From: an uncultured Lachnospiraceae bacterium
GTDB lineage: Bacteria > Bacillota > Clostridia > Lachnospirales > Lachnospiraceae
Assembly (NCBI GenBank): GCA_902767135.1
Contig: CACXGE010000066.1
Coordinates: forward strand, 5,313 to 69,312
DNA length: 64,000 nt
Reading direction: 5' to 3'
The notes below the pieces were generated by a model. It made no database searches, was not told where the DNA came from, and worked only from the letters and a program-made list of their open reading frames with translations. The translations under genes and the position numbers were made by a program. Shown piece after piece: positions 20,801-26,514 of the stretch (its first letter is position 1; every line of letters starts with the position of its first letter).

Positions 20801-23800
20801 ATCTAATATATTAAATAAATTGTTGGCAACCAATACCGGATAACCTGATTCCAGGTAATTAATTAAATCACGCTTTTTATAAGAGGTCAAATCATTACCG
20901 CTGGTTCTCATCTGTGTGGTTCCGTACTGCTTTTTCGATAATTCCGCAGTTCGATCACCACCAGCATAATCCCTTGCCAAAAGCCCGTAAGAGCTGTAGG
21001 CATCACCTTGTATATAGGTTGTATCTCCAATATGGCTGTACACCAATCCTTTCATAGTAGTATCATTAAACAAACGATTGCCATTTACCAGGTCTGTAAT
21101 GCCGGTGGCATCTCCCGACTTATCTGTGTAGAAACATCCCACTCTACTACCGATACAGATTAAGTCATAGGTATCATTTAGATTCTCATTCTTTCCAATA
21201 AACTCCTGCATACTCTGGCTGGTAAAGGTAACATCAGAATATCTGTTGTTGTCTGCAAAATACTTCATGTACTTATCAATAAATTCCTTCTGTCGTGTGG
21301 TCAGGTATCCATTGGGTGTACTGATTTTCTCTCCATTTTTGTCTGTTACAAAATTGAGACTGGCATCCAGTGCACTGCAGGTCACAGTTAAAGCATAATG
21401 TGAGCCCACATCCACTGTAAAATCGCTGACCCCGGATACTGCTCCACTTCCCTTGTCGGATCCACTGCTGTATATTGTGATTTTATCCACATTGATTGGC
21501 ACCTGACAGACAGCTGTATGTGAACTATAGCCTGTAATTTCAATCTTTTCACTTTCCTTATCTGAGCCTGTCTGGGTATAGCTGTAATATTTTGGTAAGT
21601 CTTTCCAGTTACTTGGCACCTTGATTGTCATCTGCTTTTCCGTTCCCAGACCCTTTAGTGCAAAGTCCGGCCCCGGCTCGAGTTCCAAAACGGAAATCTT
21701 ATTCTTCTTGATTTCTACCGATGCACCGGTATAATTCAAAAGATACTGGATAATAATGTCCGAACCGATTTCTGTATCTTCAATTTTGGGACGATTGCTT
21801 TCCATAGCCGCATTTCGCTGGTTTTCCAGCTCAATTTCTTCTAAGACCTGAACAAACCCTGTCTTTAGCACATCCTTTGTCATAGCTGTGGTAAAATCAC
21901 CATTTGCCAGATTGTAGGTTGCAGGTTCACCATCCATTTCATCCTGAGAACGCTTTGCCATCACACTTTTCTTGTAATACTCTGCATGATAGGAGAAGAA
22001 ATATATCGCATCGTTGACATACTGTCCCTTTGTGGCTGCAAATTTTCCCTCTCCAGTGCTTACCGTGTCTTTTACATCTTCTGAGGTGATGGTAAAACTA
22101 TCCCACATTGCTTCGTCCACTGCAAAGGTACTGGTAGTCTCACTGGTAGATGTAAATTCACCCACCTGTTCTGCTGCTGTTTTATAGTCATCCTGTGCCA
22201 GGATGTAGAGCATCTTTAATGCCGGGTCGGAGGCTACCTTCTTAAGATATCCTTCTGCCATTGCAACAGAAGCTGAGTCAGAACTATCTGGGTCTATCAA
22301 GTCACTGATAGTACCCATAAAGCTGTTCAAGGCTTCTAAAATACTGGAATCAATCATAAGCTTTGCAGGATTTTGGCTATCCAAAGCCTGGTTCATAAGA
22401 TTGATGACATGACTGTTCATAATAGCAATCTCAGCATCTCCTGTACTTCTGTAAGCATTTAGAATCCATGGTGAAATTGCTGTAAGCGCATTTCCTTCCG
22501 GCTCTGCTTTTACATAGTCATAGAAAAGGAGACTGTCTCCATCGCGATACAGTACCGGATTGGAAATATAAACCAAATCATAGTCCGTCATGGTCAGTGA
22601 TGCTACATCCCTGATGGAAATACTGTCCACTGTGACAATATCACTTAATAACGCATTTTCTATTTCCTCGTTTGTCAGACCTAATACAGCCTTCTGGAAC
22701 AAAGAATTACTCTTGATTTCCGCATGGGCTTCAAATCGGTACATCCATCCCTGACCTTCATATCCATTGTCCCTTTGAGGATTTTCCATATCCTCACAGT
22801 CTTCTGGACAATCCGGATAAAATTCAAAATATTCGTAAACATTGGTATTATCTACCGTTTCTCCTTCTTCTATGTAGGTCAACTGGATATATCTTCCTTC
22901 CACCTCCACATATGGCTTATCGCTAGGTGCCACCATGGGAGTAGGGGTTGGGGTTGCCTCCTTGGTTGGTGTGAGAGTAGGTTCCGTTGTAGGTTCCTGG
23001 GTTGGCTCCAGGGTTGGAGTTGGAGTTGGTTCTGCTTCTCCACCTTCTGTTGTGCCTTCCTCTGATTGGCCCTGCTGAGGTTCTCCATCTTCCCGTACAT
23101 CAGCCTCGGCCACATCTTCTGTAGTCTCCCCTTCTTCCTCTGTCGGCTGACTAACCTGTGCCTCTGTGGTGGGCTCTTTGGTTTCTTCAGCCTCTGGAGC
23201 TGTCTCATTCTGGGCAGCCTCATTTACCTTTGCTTCCTGAGTGTCTACATCAGTTTCCTCCGTGGCAGCAGTTCCCACCCACACAGAAGTCTTTTCTGTT
23301 TTCTTTAAGGATGCCTGCTGTGGGGTACTGGAGCTGACCTCCACAGGGGTAGGAGTTGCCACCAGGACACCCTTATAGTGGGCTGTACCACTGGTCACCT
23401 TCTGGAAGGTACCATGGGTGAGCACTCCATCTTCCCCATCCTCTGTCTTCTTTAAGGCATATCCCTTTTTGCTTTCCGGGATTTTATTCACATTGTTGAT
23501 AAAATCTGTTCCACTCTCTGTTGCCTTATAGTAAGTCAGTGGATAATTGGTGGCATCAGAGGAATCCATGCTCAAAAGTCCCAATGCATGAAGTCTTTTT
23601 GCCAACTTTTCGATTTCGCTGTTGCTCATATCCGACAGCATCCCCTCAAAGGGGTCCTGTCCAATGAGCATCTTCATAATACTTACCGACTGGTCTTCCG
23701 GTAAGATTTCAAGAATCTTAAACTTCTGGATATCTGTGGTCTTAATCTCACCGTTTTCCGTCTTATACTTACTTTCCACATTTTTAAACATACCCTTCGC

Positions 23801-23989
23801 CTGAACATTCTGGTAAGAGGAATGTATTAGATTCACAGCAACCACTCCTACTAAAAGGGTGGCTACTGCAACCTTTATGGGAGTACGCAGTTTTTTCTTC
23901 TGATTTGTATTAACTTTCTGATGATTCTTTAAAATCTGCCCATCATCCCGTCCGGACCTGGATGCAAATTTCGAAAATATCTTTTTCAT
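17813..23989 (-). CDS. Giant (2058-aa) secreted or N-terminally anchored protein of unknown function encoded at the 3' end of the pilus operon
   Basis: Long uninterrupted ORF. ATG 23989 has GGAGAG 8 nt upstream; the track start at 23992 is TTG. It has one N-terminal hydrophobic span (VAVATLLVGVVAVNLI), an E/T/P-rich acidic linker and internally repeated modules. I recognise no prepilin motif, LPXTG or catalytic motif. Confidence 0.9.
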   Translation of the reverse strand: MKKIFSKFASRSGRDDGQILKNHQKVNTNQKKKLRTPIKVAVATLLVGVVAVNLIHSSYQNVQAKGMFKNVESKYKTENGEIKTTDIQKFKILEILPEDQSVSIMKMLIGQDPFEGMLSDMSNSEIEKLAKRLHALGLLSMDSSDATNYPLTYYKATESGTDFINNVNKIPESKKGYALKKTEDGEDGVLTHGTFQKVTSGTAHYKGVLVATPTPVEVSSSTPQQASLKKTEKTSVWVGTAATEETDVDTQEAKVNEAAQNETAPEAEETKEPTTEAQVSQPTEEEGETTEDVAEADVREDGEPQQGQSEEGTTEGGEAEPTPTPTLEPTQEPTTEPTLTPTKEATPTPTPMVAPSDKPYVEVEGRYIQLTYIEEGETVDNTNVYEYFEFYPDCPEDCEDMENPQRDNGYEGQGWMYRFEAHAEIKSNSLFQKAVLGLTNEEIENALLSDIVTVDSISIRDVASLTMTDYDLVYISNPVLYRDGDSLLFYDYVKAEPEGNALTAISPWILNAYRSTGDAEIAIMNSHVINLMNQALDSQNPAKLMIDSSILEALNSFMGTISDLIDPDSSDSASVAMAEGYLKKVASDPALKMLYILAQDDYKTAAEQVGEFTSTSETTSTFAVDEAMWDSFTITSEDVKDTVSTGEGKFAATKGQYVNDAIYFFSYHAEYYKKSVMAKRSQDEMDGEPATYNLANGDFTTAMTKDVLKTGFVQVLEEIELENQRNAAMESNRPKIEDTEIGSDIIIQYLLNYTGASVEIKKNKISVLELEPGPDFALKGLGTEKQMTIKVPSNWKDLPKYYSYTQTGSDKESEKIEITGYSSHTAVCQVPINVDKITIYSSGSDKGSGAVSGVSDFTVDVGSHYALTVTCSALDASLNFVTDKNGEKISTPNGYLTTRQKEFIDKYMKYFADNNRYSDVTFTSQSMQEFIGKNENLNDTYDLICIGSRVGCFYTDKSGDATGITDLVNGNRLFNDTTMKGLVYSHIGDTTYIQGDAYSSYGLLARDYAGGDRTAELSKKQYGTTQMRTSGNDLTSYKKRDLINYLESGYPVLVANNLFNILDGAPQSIKAKGQGISSRRDTRKLTLEVDGSWTALPKYYAVSVDGKTFDGKLETGKWSRNSKNHHVSSYTIPIDAKYVKIYAKEGTDKGNVDISSAKADEDANIYIGDHYKYSPYYTKASTGTDIDFDKSVTVDSSTYLYQVLKLASSEKGIYQPEEVKKKGYYNYDMKISGKTSADIFNWENRQYPNLLIDDTVEAQQKLANYLNTTRIDLNLTELPTEYSYTEDTGKVGSPIADVQYLQEDAEGRYYLRYEFSISTLEGAVLSDKTFDCNLYIDQNFDGKFSENSEYLSKTSMVIKNRGTGKVESCNENGEYSLTEGNVYTLSYKLPKSFDGCINWKLQVRSNQFSSILAEKKGYCAIKVNPKTASGTEDKTNDKQVIRILQITSGSTTNEQTKRTSMEGTYINMEKALKGEGLYGSNDSNWHNLLKEIPDFDLRIKTVSGNEIAKTLTKSNLSDTDIKDYFLNYTIDNQPIDMVVVGFIDAFSLNGKNVTGADDTGFKGEAAFVEALNTFGESGKSILFTHDTTSWSGDYKKKSSYVDEKYTKDYDKTTAKSSQFMTIGIRGLCGMDQYGLTTKLFANPVSNFASDTYALTYIDQYFKVSDGNEKLVATGKDYTKSSAGSRWAEIVDSIAGLSTHDVAFKPNTNQEEVSGDTQGNTYGGVRNKNKDAKAVAYMKGIDNTKKYEWYNGDEPNPEMTVQIGKINDGAITDYPYKLPESFDVACTHAQYWTVDLEADDNNDDESDLVVWYTLNDVKGYEGAEGLYEASPNDVRNNYYIYNKGNITYSGAGHYIISDDTEIKLFINTMIAAYNAQLKLPEVSFVDNGEYDAEEIDNITIPYDAALTTEVASQIAPMADNIAYTADGNSGTVRAYFNVYDGNLTAKNKKIVIEELFQTYDAGTDTTNISGTEEKGKRYTSSAQLKIYNAKTDAEVEYNALENGQTYYVMLPVSEAFKTQQYTRLYVKMHTEIGEGTSKQKTASVHDALDISRAQLFDLD

Positions 23990-24024
23990 CAACGTTACTC
24001 TCCTTCCTTAGATTGCTTATATCC

Positions 24025-24096
24025 TATCTGCTTAGAACAACAAAGCAGATACACAAAATTTATTTATCATAACTGTTTAGAACCACTGAACAGTTA
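24025..24096 (-). repeat. Two adjacent palindromic units between the 610-aa pilin gene and the giant gene
   Basis: 24070-24096 reads TAACTGTTTAG-aacca-CTGAACAGTTA (11 bp, one wobble) and abuts the TAG stop at 24097-24099. 24025-24051 reads TATCTGCTT-9 nt-AAGCAGATA. Both arms belong to the GTAWCWGTTYAG word family seen elsewhere in the window. Confidence 0.65.
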
Positions 24097-25929
24097 CTAT
24101 TTTTCTACTACAGTCAGGTCTTTTCGTCCATAAAGCTCTGTTCCTTTTAACTGAAGGAATACCCCAAACTGCTTGGTCTTTACACTGTTACCAATACTGA
24201 CATGAACACCATCCTCTGCGATATAAGCATTGGAGTTCTGCATACTAGGATTGGTATACACATCAAGGTCACTTGCGTCTGCCTTCAGACCTGTTACCTT
24301 ATATTCCAGTACAACACCAGCATTTTTCTTGATGGTGCCGGCACCATTTAATGTAACGCCTACCACTGGAATCTTTACTGTTACCGGAAGGGGCTGACTG
24401 ATACTTACCGAACCGGAATTACTGGTGAGTTCTGCAATCACCTTCACAATATATTCTTTTTCGTAGTTAATGTCCTTTGCAATTTTCATCATTCCATTAT
24501 TTGCCACGGAAATTTTTCCCGAATCAACTAAAAGCTTGGTATCACTGTTTGTCATATCCAGTTTCCACAAAACTGTCAAATCTGAGTTGGTTAAATTGTT
24601 CCCCAACACATCCTCCTGCAAATCTACGGTCTCATTTCTATTGGCTTCCAAGTCGCTTACAAAGCTGACTCCTGCCTCTACTACCGTGAATTTATAATCT
24701 GCAGTGACCGATGGATTAAATTTACTGGTCACATGAATGGTATATTCATTTCCCACAGTTCCCGCTTCCAGATTGATAATACCGGATTCCGACAACACCT
24801 TACATCCACTTGCATCGTTCTTTGAACTTCCCAGTACCTGGTAATCCACCTGGGTCACTGCTCTTTGCAGGTCCTTGGTCAGTAGGCTCACATCGGAAAT
24901 ATTGGTGACTGCTTCCGCCTTCACCTGGAACAGACTGTTGGCTTTCTGCTTATCTCCATCTGGTGTTGCGTATAAGCTGATAGCTGTTACCTTCAATATC
25001 GTTGCTTTCAATTTCTGTGATACCTTAGTATCATCAGACACTGAAGTTGCCTGAACCGCCACCTCATCTAAATTGCAATTTAGTGGCACATTGATTGTTC
25101 CACTATTGTCAATCCAGTCTAACTCATTTCCTGCTGCATCAAACAACTTCCATGACACGGTCTGGGATGGGATTCCACTACCCTTTACTTTTGCTCTGGC
25201 ACGATAGCTTTTTCCTGGAAGAAGGTACTGGCTGTTTAAGCTTACTTCCACATCTGTCACAGCAGAATAATCTTCTCCCGGACTGAAAATCGCACCACTG
25301 TCTGTGGTAGCAATATAAATATTATTTCTCATTGCCACAGTTTTGTTGGAGGTAAAACTGCCTCCTTTCTCTGTGATTTCAATTGCAATTTCTATCTGCT
25401 GTTTTTTGTTGGCACTGGAAGTGGCAACCACGATAGGAGTCACGCTGGGATCCGGAGTGGCACTTACATAACCAACAGGAGCTGCCTTGCTCTCTCCCTT
25501 TTGGAGCAACTTAAAGTCTGTTACATTCTCAGCCACCACTTCACTTTTATCCATACCACTGAAATTGGCAATTTCCACTCCCGCAGAGGACAGATAATAA
25601 ATCTTCTGATCCCCCATATCATATACAAAATATTCATATAGAGGATTTCCACTGGAGTCAAGATTGTAAATCGTCAACACCTTACGGTCTGCATCTTCCC
25701 TGCAGGTTACCCCCTTCTGGGCATCTAAGATGCGATTCTCAATGGCAGAAACGGCAAGCTGGGCTCTCTCCTGCTTTCTTATTTCGTCATGGGAACTCCC
25801 AAACAGCCTGGTACCTGTCACCATAAAGGAGGTAACCGTGACGATGACAATACTGATAATGGCTACTGCGATTATCATTTCCACCAAAGATAAACCTTTA
25901 TTATTTTTGATATGTTTTATATTCTTCAT
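24097..25929 (-). CDS. Modular minor pilin: prepilin-type N-terminus fused to about 570 aa containing Ig-like (Big_2-like) repeats
   Basis: MKNIKHIKNNKG/LSLVEMIIAVAIISIVIV is a class III signal with Glu at +5 and a hydrophobic alpha1N. The C-terminal part carries repeats such as VSWKLFDAAGNELDWIDNSGTINV and VLWKLDM...GKISVANNGMMKI. The SD is GGGGGAAG. Confidence 0.85.
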   Translation of the reverse strand: MKNIKHIKNNKGLSLVEMIIAVAIISIVIVTVTSFMVTGTRLFGSSHDEIRKQERAQLAVSAIENRILDAQKGVTCREDADRKVLTIYNLDSSGNPLYEYFVYDMGDQKIYYLSSAGVEIANFSGMDKSEVVAENVTDFKLLQKGESKAAPVGYVSATPDPSVTPIVVATSSANKKQQIEIAIEITEKGGSFTSNKTVAMRNNIYIATTDSGAIFSPGEDYSAVTDVEVSLNSQYLLPGKSYRARAKVKGSGIPSQTVSWKLFDAAGNELDWIDNSGTINVPLNCNLDEVAVQATSVSDDTKVSQKLKATILKVTAISLYATPDGDKQKANSLFQVKAEAVTNISDVSLLTKDLQRAVTQVDYQVLGSSKNDASGCKVLSESGIINLEAGTVGNEYTIHVTSKFNPSVTADYKFTVVEAGVSFVSDLEANRNETVDLQEDVLGNNLTNSDLTVLWKLDMTNSDTKLLVDSGKISVANNGMMKIAKDINYEKEYIVKVIAELTSNSGSVSISQPLPVTVKIPVVGVTLNGAGTIKKNAGVVLEYKVTGLKADASDLDVYTNPSMQNSNAYIAEDGVHVSIGNSVKTKQFGVFLQLKGTELYGRKDLTVVEK

Positions 25930-25947
25930 TCTAGCTTCCCCCTTCCC

Positions 25948-26502
25948 TTATTTTTTTGCACCGTTGATATAAATATCTGTTTTTCCGGTGACTTTACTTA
26001 TGGTAATGTACATACCGCTACCTACAGGATTGGAGGCATTGGATACATATATTTTCTTCAGGTATGCTCCACTACCACTCTCCGGCAGTAAGCCTCCAGT
26101 GGCTCTGTCAAAACACACATACCCCGGATTACTGCTGTCTACTGTCTGTGTTGTGCCATCAGAATATTCTAATGCCACATAAATTTTGCTGTTTCCAATC
26201 TTTTCTGCATCCATTCCGGCAATTTCAGCATCAGAATTGGTCATGTCTACATAGTGCAGTACACATCCTGTGGAATCCTTGGTAATTTTCAAGGCAATAT
26301 CTCTTGATTGGATAGACTTTGTCGTAGTATAGCTCTGCGTTTTCATCAAAGCACTGTTTAGTTTCTTTAAGCTGCTCTTTACATTGGTGCTGTATAGATA
26401 ACCCACACCAACGACCACGGTACTTGTCACAATAGATAGAATTGCTATGACGATAATCAGCTCTATCAGAGAGAAGCCTTTGTTGTTATGTTTTATTTTC
26501 AT
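25948..26502 (-). CDS. Minor pilin (prepilin-type N-terminal cleavage/methylation domain protein)
   Basis: MKIKHNNKG/FSLIELIIVIAILSIV is the canonical G/FxxxE motif. 184 aa, SD GGGGGAAG. Confidence 0.88.
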   Translation of the reverse strand: MKIKHNNKGFSLIELIIVIAILSIVTSTVVVGVGYLYSTNVKSSLKKLNSALMKTQSYTTTKSIQSRDIALKITKDSTGCVLHYVDMTNSDAEIAGMDAEKIGNSKIYVALEYSDGTTQTVDSSNPGYVCFDRATGGLLPESGSGAYLKKIYVSNASNPVGSGMYITISKVTGKTDIYINGAKK

Positions 26503-26514
26503 ATTGCTTCCCCC

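Noticed and set aside
13472-23989. Sortase (LPXTG), SLH, cell-wall-binding repeat or lipobox anchoring of the two giant proteins.
   Set aside because: The C-termini are ...SRAQLFDLD and ...NVSTVIIQ, with no LPXTG plus hydrophobic tail. No SLH or CWB repeat pattern is recognisable. The Cys in the 1434-aa signal peptide (KMKSC) does not sit in an L-x-x-C lipobox.
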